DNA of 32,000 bases from Corynebacterium amycolatum (GTDB taxonomy: Bacteria; Actinomycetota; Actinomycetes; Mycobacteriales; Mycobacteriaceae), in assembly GCF_049243625.1 (NCBI RefSeq), contig NZ_CP046975.1. One strand, given 5' to 3'. Both the position numbers and the translations under genes were made by a program. Shown here piece after piece: positions 8,103-16,834 of the stretch (its first letter is position 1; each line of letters begins with the position of its first letter). The notes under the pieces were generated by a model that worked only from the letters and a program-made list of their open reading frames with translations, made no database searches and was not told the DNA's origin.

Positions 8103-8300
8103 ATGCCTGATTTCTCAGACACATCCAGTAGCTCCGACAGACCCGATACGTCAGACACGTCAGATAGAGCTGACTCGTCCGACGACCCTGAGCCTCGAGC
8201 CAAGGTAAACGGGCTCTCTGTAGCCGCAGTAAGCGCAATAACCGTAGCAACCGCAACATCCTCAGCGAACGCAGCAAACACTCCAGGTGATGCCGCGTGA
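8103..8300 (+). other. Possible leaderless upstream ORF (65 aa, Ser/Asp/Thr-rich then Ala/Val/Thr-rich) overlapping the downstream start by GTGA
   Basis: ATG at 8103 has no SD but lies 6 nt downstream of TAAAAT. Its TGA stop (8298-8300) overlaps the GTG start (8297) of the next gene. Codon choice is atypical (many A-ending codons), so coding status is uncertain. Confidence 0.25.
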
Positions 8301-9733
8301 TTGTATCCGCGCTCATTGTATTCGCAGCTTTTCTTTTCCTCGTTTTCGCCAACGCAGTTTTCGTTGCTGTCGAGTTTTCCTACCTCACGGTTAACAGAAA
8401 CGACGTCAAGAAGGCCGCAGACTCCGGCTCAAAGTCCGCATATTTAGTAGACCGTGCTCTATCACGCACCTCTACTAACCTCTCCGGCGCACAGCTGGGA
8501 ATTACGGTCACCAGCCTCGTCGCTGGTTTCCTTACCGGACCTTCCCTCGGCGTGCTCCTCGAAGCCGCTTTTGGTGGCACTAGCGTCTCTCCCGCCACCG
8601 TCACTGCAATCAGCACTACGGGCGCTTTCATTATCGCAACCTTCACTCAAATGGTCTTTGGCGAACTCGTTCCCAAAAACTGGGCCATCGCCGAGCCCAC
8701 GAAAGTCGCAAACCTCGTGGTCAGGCCGCAGAATGCCTTCATGTTCGCATTCGGCTGGCTGGTCTGGCTGCTCAACAGCGCGGCTAATTGGGTACTAAAA
8801 CGGCTCGGCTTCTCCCCTGAGGAAGAGGTTGCCAGTGCCAGAACCGCGGAGGAACTCCGTGCCGTCGTCACGCACTCTAGCGATGAAGGAAAGATTAACC
8901 CGCAGACCGCCGAGTTGGTGGCGCGATCGATTGAGTTCGGCGAGCGCACGGCGGCTGATGTGATGACGCCACGCACGCAGATTATCTTTATCGAAGATCA
9001 AAGCGTCGCAGAGATGCTGACGGTCGTCGCAGATTCTGGACATGCACGCTTCCCCGTCGTTGGCAATAGTGTCGACGACATTCGCGGCGTGGTGCACTAC
9101 ACAGACCTGCTCAGCGTGCCACACGCACAACGCTTGACGACGTCAGCTGCGAGCCTGGCCAAAGATGTACTCGTGGTGAACGATTCGACCACACTTGATC
9201 CGCTGATGCGTCAATTGCGTGAGGATGCATACCAGTTCGCGGTTGTCGTCGATGAGTACGGTGGCACGGACGGCATCGTGACTCTGGAGGACCTCGTTGA
9301 GGAAATCGTCGGTGAAATCGATGACGAACAGGACGATCGTTCGTTGCTCTACAGCCGGATTAGCCCCAATACGGTGATTGTTTCCGGTCTCATGCGCCCG
9401 GATGAGCTGGGAGAGATTCTGAATCTGGTTTTGCCGGAGGGCGACGAATCCGACACGATTGGCGGATTTATTACCGAGCGCTTAGATCGCATGCCGCGTT
9501 TCGGCGACACTGTCACGGTCGAAGCCACCGACCACGAAAACCTCGATCAGGAAAACTTGCCTACCACCGCTGAAGTCGCCTTCCGAGTAGAGCGCATGGC
9601 GCGTCACCGCGTTGGCCGTATTCGTGTCCAGGTGGACCGCGTCGGCAACAAGGTCGCACACAGGGATGAAGGCGCCGATCAGCAAGGCACCAGTCACAAC
9701 CACGTCGAGCACAACAGCGAACAGGAGGGCTAA
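8297..9733 (+). CDS. CNNM/CorB-type membrane protein: DUF21 transmembrane domain + CBS pair + CorC_HlyC C-terminal domain (often annotated hemolysin-like)
   Basis: GTG start with AGGTGA 6 nt upstream. DUF21 motifs are [22 protein letters not shown] and FGELVPKN. The CBS pair includes [10 protein letters not shown] and GHARFPVV, followed by [26 protein letters not shown] and a roughly 120-aa C-terminal domain. Confidence 0.9.
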   Translation: MIVSALIVFAAFLFLVFANAVFVAVEFSYLTVNRNDVKKAADSGSKSAYLVDRALSRTSTNLSGAQLGITVTSLVAGFLTGPSLGVLLEAAFGGTSVSPATVTAISTTGAFIIATFTQMVFGELVPKNWAIAEPTKVANLVVRPQNAFMFAFGWLVWLLNSAANWVLKRLGFSPEEEVASARTAEELRAVVTHSSDEGKINPQTAELVARSIEFGERTAADVMTPRTQIIFIEDQSVAEMLTVVADSGHARFPVVGNSVDDIRGVVHYTDLLSVPHAQRLTTSAASLAKDVLVVNDSTTLDPLMRQLREDAYQFAVVVDEYGGTDGIVTLEDLVEEIVGEIDDEQDDRSLLYSRISPNTVIVSGLMRPDELGEILNLVLPEGDESDTIGGFITERLDRMPRFGDTVTVEATDHENLDQENLPTTAEVAFRVERMARHRVGRIRVQVDRVGNKVAHRDEGADQQGTSHNHVEHNSEQEG

Positions 9734-9736
9734 AAC

Positions 9737-10774
9737 ATGCCACTACTTACTCTTATTTTGCTGTTAGCCCTCAATGCCTGGTTTGTCGCTACTGAATTTG
9801 CGATGGTCTCGGCTCGCCGCGACCAAATTGAACCGGATGCCGTCAGCGGCTCTACCAGCGCAAAGTACGCGCTGCGCGGTATCGAAAACGTGTCAGCCTC
9901 CCTGGCGGCAACACAGCTTGGCATTACCGCCTGTTCCCTGCTCATCGGTGCCGTCGGTGAGCCTGCAATTGCACACTTCTTCGAGCCCTACATGACAGCA
10001 CTTGGACTCCCCGCGGGCACCGCCCACGTGGTTGCGCTGGTGTTGGCGCTGCTGATCGTCACTTTCTTACACATGGTTGTCGGCGAAATGGTGCCGAAGA
10101 ACATCGCTATTGCGGCCCCCAGCCCGACAGCGAAGTTCGTGGCTATTCCGCTGTATGTGATTGTGCGGCTACTCAACCCGGTTATCTGGGCGATGAATAC
10201 GACCTCGAACATCGTGGTTCGTAAGGTTCTTCGCGCCACTCCGAAGGACGAGGTCGATTCCTCCTTCACCGCTAGTCAGGTGCAGGATTTCGTCGCCGAG
10301 TCCGGGCGTCAGGGGCTTCTCGACGATGACGAGCTCGCACTCCTTCACAAAGCTCTCGGCTTCGAGCATCTCACCGCCGCGGACGTCACTATGGAACTCG
10401 ACACCCTCGTCACCATTGACCCCGACACCACTGTCGCCGACATCGAAGAGCTCAGCGCACGCACGCGATTTTCCCGCTTCCCCATCACTGATACCGACGG
10501 CAGCTTCATCGGCTACATTCACGTCAAGGATTTGCTTTCGCTTGACGACGGTCACCGCGACCAGACCTTCCCGCGGAATCTGATTCGCACCTTCGCAACC
10601 GTCAGCCCGAACGCCAAGCTCCAATCGGTCATGCGGCTTATGCAGCGCGAGCAAGCTCACTTCGCCTTGGTGACAGAGCGAAATAGTACTTCGAAGAACT
10701 CTGTCAACGGAATCGTTGCACTGGAGGACGTACTAGAAGAGCTCGTCGGCGAAGTGCGCCAGGCAACAGCCTAG
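9737..10774 (+). CDS. CNNM/CorB-type membrane protein, short form: DUF21 + CBS pair, no CorC_HlyC domain
   Basis: ATG lies 3 nt after the upstream stop. Motifs are TEFAMVSARR, LAATQLGITACSL, VGEMVPKN, RFSRFPI and NGIVALEDVLEELVGEV. The protein ends right after the second CBS motif. Confidence 0.9.
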   Translation: MPLLTLILLLALNAWFVATEFAMVSARRDQIEPDAVSGSTSAKYALRGIENVSASLAATQLGITACSLLIGAVGEPAIAHFFEPYMTALGLPAGTAHVVALVLALLIVTFLHMVVGEMVPKNIAIAAPSPTAKFVAIPLYVIVRLLNPVIWAMNTTSNIVVRKVLRATPKDEVDSSFTASQVQDFVAESGRQGLLDDDELALLHKALGFEHLTAADVTMELDTLVTIDPDTTVADIEELSARTRFSRFPITDTDGSFIGYIHVKDLLSLDDGHRDQTFPRNLIRTFATVSPNAKLQSVMRLMQREQAHFALVTERNSTSKNSVNGIVALEDVLEELVGEVRQATA

Positions 10775-10838
10775 CGAGACCGCCGACGAGCCCCGTCGAT
10801 TCCAGCTGGTTACTTGCTGCTGCGAGCTAGTTAGCTAA

Positions 10839-11336
10839 TTACTTCAGCGCAGCCAGCGCGGAGTCGTAGTCCGGCTCCGTGGTGATCTCATCGACCAGCT
10901 GGTTGTAAATAACCTTGCCCTCTTCGTCAGTGATGACTACGGCACGAGCAAGCAGACCTGCGAGCGGGCCATCCTGCTGGACAACACCGAAGGCTTCGCC
11001 GAAACCGTGGCGGAAATCCGAGGCAACCTCAACGTTGTCCAGGCCTTCTGCAGCGCAGAAGCGGCCGAGAGCGAACGGCAGGTCACGCGAAACATTAACC
11101 ACGACGGTGTTGTCCAGCCCAGCAGCGTCCTCGTTGAAGTGACGCACCGAAGCTGCACAAACACCGGTGTCTACAGACGGGAAGATGTTGTAGACGACCT
11201 TCTTACCAGCGAAGGTCTCCTTGGTGACCTCCCCGAGATCGCCACCGGTGAGGGTAAACTCCGGAGCCTTGTTGCCCACCTGGGGCAGGTCGCCGGAAAG
11301 CTGGACTGGGTTGGACTGAAATGCGGTTTGTGTCAT
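10839..11336 (-). CDS. tpx: Thiol peroxidase (atypical 2-Cys peroxiredoxin Tpx)
   Basis: Translation contains the Tpx active-site context [20 protein letters not shown], the resolving Cys context [13 protein letters not shown], and [17 protein letters not shown]. Confidence 0.9.
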   Translation of the reverse strand: MTQTAFQSNPVQLSGDLPQVGNKAPEFTLTGGDLGEVTKETFAGKKVVYNIFPSVDTGVCAASVRHFNEDAAGLDNTVVVNVSRDLPFALGRFCAAEGLDNVEVASDFRHGFGEAFGVVQQDGPLAGLLARAVVITDEEGKVIYNQLVDEITTEPDYDSALAALK

Positions 11337-11510
11337 AGCGCCCTTTTTACCGCCTTTCGTCAGGATCCTCCAGGCTGTTTCCTGGAAATCAGTAGAATCG
11401 TGACAGAAATGAAATTCCGGGCCGCAGTATCTTGAGTAATCTTGCGTATCTTGCGGTCCGGGCCACGCTACTCAGCGGGCCCAACGTTTAAACTCCGAGG
11501 AAAGGCAGCC

Positions 11511-11795
11511 ATGAGTTTGATTACCGCAATTGTGTCCATCGATGTCGAAGCTGACAAGATTCCGGAGGCCGCCGAGACCATCGTCGAGATCGACGGCGTG
11601 ACTGAGGTCTACTCCGTTACTGGCGACTGGGACCTGGTCGTCGTGGTGCGCGCAACTAACCACGATGATTTGGCGGAAATCATTCCAAACCTCATCAGCA
11701 AGGTCGACGGCGTCATTCGCACTCAGACTCAGCTGGCTTTCCGCACCTACTCTCAGCACGATCTGGAAAGTGCATTCTCCATCGGGCTGGAGTAG
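11511..11795 (+). CDS. Stand-alone Lrp/AsnC ligand-binding (RAM) domain protein, 94 aa
   Basis: ATG at 11511 follows GAGGAAAGG. The sequence MSLITAIVSIDVEADKIPEAAETIVEIDGVTEVYSVTGDWDLVVVVRA resembles an AsnC-type effector domain without an HTH. I chose this internal start over the longest ORF start at 11442. Confidence 0.75.
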   Translation: MSLITAIVSIDVEADKIPEAAETIVEIDGVTEVYSVTGDWDLVVVVRATNHDDLAEIIPNLISKVDGVIRTQTQLAFRTYSQHDLESAFSIGLE

Positions 11796-11834
11796 TCGCG
11801 GATTCTTCCACCGAACCGTGCCGGTATGCGGTAG

Positions 11835-13562
11835 CTACTTAACCACTTCCGCCATCGCGCGGCCTGCCTGACGGCCACTGAAAATACAGCCGCCCAGGAA
11901 TGTGCCTTCCAGTGCGTTGTTGCCGTGGACGCCGCCGCCACCGAAACCAGAGGCCTCGCCTGCGGCGTAGAGCCCCTCAAAGGGAGTTCCGTCGGGGTGC
12001 AAGCACTGACCGTCGAGGGTCGTCTCAATGCCGCCGAGCGTTTTGCGGGTCAGCATGCGCAGACGAATAGCAATCAGCGGGCCGTTCTTCGGATCCAAAA
12101 TCGGTGATGGCGGCACAGAGCGGATGATTTTGTCCCCGAGGAAGTTCCGGGCCACGTTGACGTAATTGACCTGGTAGTCCTTGGAGAAGGGATTGCCGGT
12201 CTGCATGTCGCGCTGACGGATCTGCTCCTCAAGCTTCTCCAAGTCAATCTTCGGCGCTGCAGCTCCGGACTCGCTGCCCGAACCAGACTCTCCGCCCGAG
12301 CTCGCTTCCACGATCTCGTTCATCCCCTCGACCAGCTTCGGCAAATCGTCGGCAACCACCCAGTCTTCGCCGTTATCCATAAACGCCTGAATGGGCGCGG
12401 CGACACCAGAGGTCACCTTGCCAATCAGCTTCTTAATCTCCTTGTCCGTCAGATCCGGATTTTGTTCTGAGCCAGAGAAGATAAACTCCTTGGCCACGAT
12501 GTTCTTATTCAGCACAAACCAGGAGTAGGAATGTCCGGTAGCCAGAATGTGCTTCATCGTGCCGACAGTATCCGCGCCCGGAATATACGGCGCAGGCAGG
12601 CGGTTTCCCTCTGCGTCGAACCACATGGCCGACGGTCCCGGGATGATACGGATACCGTGGTTCGGCCACACCGGATTCCAGTTCTTCATGCCCTCGGTGT
12701 AATGCCACATGCGGTCACGGTTGACGAGGTTTGCGCCGGCTTGCTCTGCAATCTCAATGCCACGGCCGTCAACATGCTCTGGCACACCGCAAACCATGTC
12801 CTTCGGCATCTCGCCCAGGCGCTCGGTCGGCCAGCACTTACGCACGGCTTCCAGGTTGCCACCGACACCGCCCGTCGCAATGCACACGGCCGACCCGTGG
12901 ATCTCAAAGTCTTCCCCTGTTTCCTCGCGTGACGACGCCACTCCTCGCTCTAAAGATTCACAGGGAACCAGAATCTTGCCACGCACGCCGACGGCGCGGC
13001 CATCTTCTACAATCACCTCATCAACGCGGTGGCGATGGCAGTATTCCACCAGCCCCTTCTTCGCAGCTTCAGCGACCGGCTCTGCGAAAACGCGGACAAT
13101 CTCGGGGCCTGTGCCCCAGGTCAAGTGGAATCGGGGTACCGAGTTACCGTGACCGTCGGCACGCCCTTCACCGCGCTCAGCCCACCCGACGACAGGCAGG
13201 AACTTCACGCCGAGATTGCGGAGGTAGTCGCGCTTCTCCCCCGCCGCGAAGTTCAGGTAGGCCTTGGCCCACTTGCGCCCCCAGTTGTCTTCCTCGCGGT
13301 CGAACTGCGCGGAGTTGAACCAGTCAGCTTCAGCGAGCTCGCGGTTGTCCTTGACTCCTAGGCGGCGCTGCTCTGGCGAGTCGACGAGAAAGATTCCTCC
13401 CAACGACCAGAAAGCCTGTCCGCCAAGGTTGTTGGCATTCTCCTGATCGACAAGGATGACCTTCTTACCTGCCTGCGTGGCCTCATACGTCGCGACCAAT
13501 CCGGCAAGTCCGGCGCCGACGACAACAATGTCTGCAGTACGTGTGGTGCTCTGTGCGTTCAT
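11835..13562 (-). CDS. FAD-binding dehydrogenase (fumarate reductase / KstD-like flavoprotein family)
   Basis: N-terminal Rossmann dinucleotide motif DIVVVGAGLAGLVATYEATQAGKKVILVDQE and a C-terminal flavoprotein signature GLYAAGEASGFGGGGVHGNNALEGTFLGGCIFSGR. Confidence 0.85.
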   Translation of the reverse strand: MNAQSTTRTADIVVVGAGLAGLVATYEATQAGKKVILVDQENANNLGGQAFWSLGGIFLVDSPEQRRLGVKDNRELAEADWFNSAQFDREEDNWGRKWAKAYLNFAAGEKRDYLRNLGVKFLPVVGWAERGEGRADGHGNSVPRFHLTWGTGPEIVRVFAEPVAEAAKKGLVEYCHRHRVDEVIVEDGRAVGVRGKILVPCESLERGVASSREETGEDFEIHGSAVCIATGGVGGNLEAVRKCWPTERLGEMPKDMVCGVPEHVDGRGIEIAEQAGANLVNRDRMWHYTEGMKNWNPVWPNHGIRIIPGPSAMWFDAEGNRLPAPYIPGADTVGTMKHILATGHSYSWFVLNKNIVAKEFIFSGSEQNPDLTDKEIKKLIGKVTSGVAAPIQAFMDNGEDWVVADDLPKLVEGMNEIVEASSGGESGSGSESGAAAPKIDLEKLEEQIRQRDMQTGNPFSKDYQVNYVNVARNFLGDKIIRSVPPSPILDPKNGPLIAIRLRMLTRKTLGGIETTLDGQCLHPDGTPFEGLYAAGEASGFGGGGVHGNNALEGTFLGGCIFSGRQAGRAMAEVVK

Positions 13563-13679
13563 AGTTTCGTTTTTAGACCCTAAACACCGCCTTTGAGGTG
13601 GTTTTGCCTAAAAACGTGATTTATTTTTGCAGGCTCTATTTATCTAGCGAATTTCCAGCGCGTCCGGAGCTGCCCGCTG

Positions 13680-15155
13680 CTAGTGAGGCCTGCGTGGCGC
13701 ATGCACGAGTTCGACCTGCACGAGCGTGACTTTCTCTGCACGCACGAGCGCTTCAAACAGCGACAGGTAGTAATTCCACATCCTCCGAAACACTCTGTCG
13801 TAGCCGATACCAGCGGCTTCACGCGCATGAGCTGCAAATAAATCGCGCTGGAGCTGCAAGGTCGTCGCGAAGTGCGAAGGAATGTATTCCTCCGCCGCGA
13901 TGCGCAGACCGGTTTCCCGGTCAACCATCTTGCGCAGCTCTTCCATGGTGAAAAGTTGCAGCTGTGGCCACACGTAAGCGCGTACGAGGTCCAAGCTACG
14001 CTCGGAGAGCGCGTCGAATTTGTCCGTAGCTACCACCATTTGGACGACGATAGTGCCGCGATCGACAAGCAGACGCTCGGCGCTCTTCAGCCAGCGCAGC
14101 GCACCTGCACGACCGAAGGTCTCCAGACGCCCGACGTTGATAACCGCCTCGAAGTCAGACTCGAATTCGCGTGGCGACGGAATGTTGCGATCCATCTGGA
14201 TTACATCTACCGCGCCGCGCAATCCAGCCTTTTCCACCCGTTCCAGCACCGTGTCGGTGTGGTCATCTGAGACGGTAATAACCTCCGCACCCGCTCCCCT
14301 TTCTGCAGCTCGAAGTGCAATTTCTCCGCCTGCCGACGGCCATTCGGCTACACGGTCGCCAGCCCGCACTCGAGCGAGATCGAGCATGTGCTCAATATTG
14401 CGCACCTGGGCATGCAGAAAATCAGCACGTGCGACGGATTTTGGGGCATCGACATAAGTCACGTCAACTGACCAGTGCGAGGGAACCCCACCCTTGCCCG
14501 CACCGCGGGCATAGTTGGGAATCTGTTCACGCGACGAGGTTCGCACTCCGGAGGCGAACAGGCCAGAACCACCCATCAGCAATTCGCCGGAATAAAGCTC
14601 CAGCAATGAGGTCGGCAACTCTCCCGCCATATCTGGCCCATCGAGACGCGGGCGTGAACGCGCGACTTTCATCAGACCACGTGCCAGCGGCCCCGACGAG
14701 GCAATATCAAACTCGGCGCTGAGCAGTCGGCTGAGAAGCTCTGGCAAGTCATCACTGGACCACTCGCCCGCGAGATAGGACTCCCCCAATCCGAGCCATT
14801 CTGAATCAGCTAGTCGAGAATAGAAAACAGGATCAATGACGCTGAAAACGACTGGACGCAATGTGACGGAATCATCGGGAGATTCACTGTCACTGCGGGA
14901 ACTGGCGCCACCGACACCGTCGATAGCCAAATCGGCGTCACTCGTCGACCGAGTAATGAAGGACTCCCCGACAAACTCGCCGGATTCAACCAGTTCAATG
15001 CCGTTGTTCTGGCAGAGCCGCTCGAATGAGCGCTCCATTACGTCAGCACGTTTCGCTAAGAAACGCCCCTCTGGAATACGCGCAACCCGAGGCCATCGCT
15101 CTGCGTCAATTGCCTGCCGGCTTGCCGAATTCACCCTGCCCGAACCTCCTAACAA
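13680..15155 (-). CDS. Cyclopropane-fatty-acyl-phospholipid-synthase-like (CMAS family) protein, divergent in conserved motifs
   Basis: CMAS-like N-terminal segment WLGLGESYLAGEWSSDDL and C-terminal segment FRRMWNYYLSLFEALVRAEKVTLVQVELV. Start is uncertain: TTG at 15155, or GTG at 15134 which lies 10 nt after an AGGAGG. It is divergent to ndh, the arrangement I recall for ufaA in C. glutamicum. Confidence 0.7.
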   Translation of the reverse strand: MLGGSGRVNSASRQAIDAERWPRVARIPEGRFLAKRADVMERSFERLCQNNGIELVESGEFVGESFITRSTSDADLAIDGVGGASSRSDSESPDDSVTLRPVVFSVIDPVFYSRLADSEWLGLGESYLAGEWSSDDLPELLSRLLSAEFDIASSGPLARGLMKVARSRPRLDGPDMAGELPTSLLELYSGELLMGGSGLFASGVRTSSREQIPNYARGAGKGGVPSHWSVDVTYVDAPKSVARADFLHAQVRNIEHMLDLARVRAGDRVAEWPSAGGEIALRAAERGAGAEVITVSDDHTDTVLERVEKAGLRGAVDVIQMDRNIPSPREFESDFEAVINVGRLETFGRAGALRWLKSAERLLVDRGTIVVQMVVATDKFDALSERSLDLVRAYVWPQLQLFTMEELRKMVDRETGLRIAAEEYIPSHFATTLQLQRDLFAAHAREAAGIGYDRVFRRMWNYYLSLFEALVRAEKVTLVQVELVHAPRRPH

Positions 15156-15320
15156 TCGCGCCGCATAAAGGTACGAATAACGAACTGAGTTTGCTCTCGA
15201 ATTCTACCGCGCAGGGACCCAGAATAGGCGGTGGCGCACCGAGAGGATTACTATTGTGGCTTGCCGGCTAAAAGCCGAATCAAAACTTCGAGAACTTTAA
15301 AGTCTGTGAGGAGAAAATAC

Positions 15321-16742
15321 ATGACCGAGACTCCGTACCGCCCGCACTCCGGACGTCCGCACGTGGTCGTCATCGGTTCGGGTTTCGGTGGCTTGTTCGC
15401 GGCGAAGAAGTTGCAGGACGCCGAGGTCGACGTCACTCTCATCGACCGCACTAACCACCACCTGTTCCAGCCGCTGCTCTACCAGGTAGCAACGGGCATC
15501 CTTTCCTCGGGCGAAATCGCACCGTCTACTCGCACCATCTTCGACGGTGTTCAGAACGTTCGTGTTGTCAAGGGCGATGTCACCGACATCGATGTCGAAA
15601 AGCAGGTCGTGACTTCCGAACTGGGTCACCAGACTTCCAAGTGGGAATACGACCACCTCCTGGTCGCCGCTGGCGCTGGCCAGTCCTACTTCGGCAATGA
15701 TCACTTTGCCGAGTTTGCTCCGGGTATGAAGAACATCGACGATGCACTCGAGATTCGCGCTCGTATCATTGGCGCATTCGAGCGCGCCGAGCTGACCGAC
15801 GATCCGGCCGAGCGCGAGCGTCTGCTGACCTTCGTGGTCGTCGGTGCTGGCCCGACCGGCGTTGAGCTTGCTGGTCAGCTGGCCGAGCTGGCTAACCGCA
15901 CTCTCGCATCGTCTTACCGCAGCTACAACCCGCACGCTGCACGTGTCGTGTTGCTCGACGGCGCACCGCAGGTTCTGCCGCCGTTCGGCAAGCGTCTGGG
16001 CCGTAAGGCTCAGAAGTCCTTGGAGAAGATGGGTGTCATCGTCAAGCTGGGCGCGATGGTCACTGACGTCAATGAAGAGGGCGTCACCTACAAGAACATG
16101 AAGGATGAAACCGAGGAGTTCATCCCGTCGTTCTGCAAGATTTGGTCCGCCGGCGTGTCCGCTTCCCCGCTGGGTAAGATGATTGCCGAGCAGACCGGCG
16201 CCGAGACCGACCGCGCTGGCCGCGTCGTTGTCAACGAGGACATGACAGCTGGTGACTGCAAGAACGTTTACGTCGTGGGCGACATGTCCAACCGCGAGAA
16301 CCTGCCGGGTGTTGCTCAGGTTGCTATTCAGGGTGGCGAGTATGTCGCTGAGAACATTGCTGCCGAGGCAGACGGCCGCGATGTCGCGGAGCGCCAGCCG
16401 TTCGAGTACTTCGACAAGGGCTCCATGGCAACCGTCTCCCGCTTCTCTGCAGTGGCGAAGATGGGCAAGGTTGAGGTCTCCGGCTTCATCGGCTGGGTCC
16501 TGTGGCTGGCTGTCCACCTGATGTTCCTGGTGGGCTTCCGCAACCGTCTCGTCTCCTGCGTCAGCTGGGGTCTGAATGTTCTGGACCGCAACCGTTGGCA
16601 GATGGTTTCCACCCGCCAGCAGATGTACGCACGCAATGCAATCAATCGCCTGGCCGAGCTCAACAAGGACAAGGCTGAGCAGGATCTGCCTCTGGAAGTT
16701 CGCGACACCCGCCGCGAGCACCGCGCAAATAAGAACAAGTAG
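15321..16742 (+). CDS. ndh: Type II NADH dehydrogenase (NDH-2)
   Basis: ATG at 15321 follows GAGGAG. Two dinucleotide-binding motifs (VVVIGSGFGGLFAAKKL and FVVVGAGPTGVELAGQL), VYVVGDM, and a hydrophobic C-terminal membrane-association segment. I chose this internal start over the longest ORF start at 15231. Confidence 0.9.
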   Translation: MTETPYRPHSGRPHVVVIGSGFGGLFAAKKLQDAEVDVTLIDRTNHHLFQPLLYQVATGILSSGEIAPSTRTIFDGVQNVRVVKGDVTDIDVEKQVVTSELGHQTSKWEYDHLLVAAGAGQSYFGNDHFAEFAPGMKNIDDALEIRARIIGAFERAELTDDPAERERLLTFVVVGAGPTGVELAGQLAELANRTLASSYRSYNPHAARVVLLDGAPQVLPPFGKRLGRKAQKSLEKMGVIVKLGAMVTDVNEEGVTYKNMKDETEEFIPSFCKIWSAGVSASPLGKMIAEQTGAETDRAGRVVVNEDMTAGDCKNVYVVGDMSNRENLPGVAQVAIQGGEYVAENIAAEADGRDVAERQPFEYFDKGSMATVSRFSAVAKMGKVEVSGFIGWVLWLAVHLMFLVGFRNRLVSCVSWGLNVLDRNRWQMVSTRQQMYARNAINRLAELNKDKAEQDLPLEVRDTRREHRANKNK

Positions 16743-16749
16743 TTAACTT

Positions 16750-16795
16750 GCAGGTGGCTAGGTTAGAAAACAGCTAACCAAGGTTAACCACCTGC
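16750..16795. terminator. Long nested hairpin between convergent ndh and the thioesterase gene (possible bidirectional terminator, no U-tract)
   Basis: Outer arms GCAGGTGG (16750-16757) and CCACCTGC (16788-16795) are perfect complements. Inner arms are GGTTAG and CTAACC. There is no flanking T-run, so terminator function is uncertain. Confidence 0.4.
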
Positions 16796-16834
16796 GAGTT
16801 CCCTATCTGGCCCGTTACCACCTATGACGATTTG

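Noticed and set aside
7810-8296. A known riboswitch (M-box, yybP-ykoY or another metal-sensing type) in the long leader of CNNM module A.
   Set aside because: I could not recognise any conserved riboswitch core sequence or the characteristic multi-helix arrangement by eye. Only a covariance-model scan (Rfam/Infernal) could settle this, so the leader is reported as an unexplained element instead.
11835-15155. The adjacent FAD dehydrogenase and CFA-synthase-like methyltransferase as a BfaA/BfaB-type tuberculostearic acid (10-methyl fatty acid) pathway.
   Set aside because: The flavoprotein here has a Rossmann GxGxxG fumarate-reductase/KstD-like layout. As I recall, BfaA belongs to a different FAD-oxidoreductase family. 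The methyltransferase motifs are degenerate. The two genes are separated by 117 nt containing a weak hairpin. The pairing cannot be supported from sequence alone.
15297-16721. A very long antisense ORF (474 aa) opposite ndh. Similar long antisense ORFs lie opposite cobN (971-2089), ppm1 (4823-5428), CNNM genes (10169-10660, 22508-23413), thiD (19638-20429) and the 24628-25545 gene (24805-25515).
   Set aside because: They have no recognisable protein motifs and low-complexity Arg/Ala/Ser/Gly-rich translations. Each lies exactly opposite a gene with strong family signatures. Such shadow ORFs are expected in GC-rich DNA.
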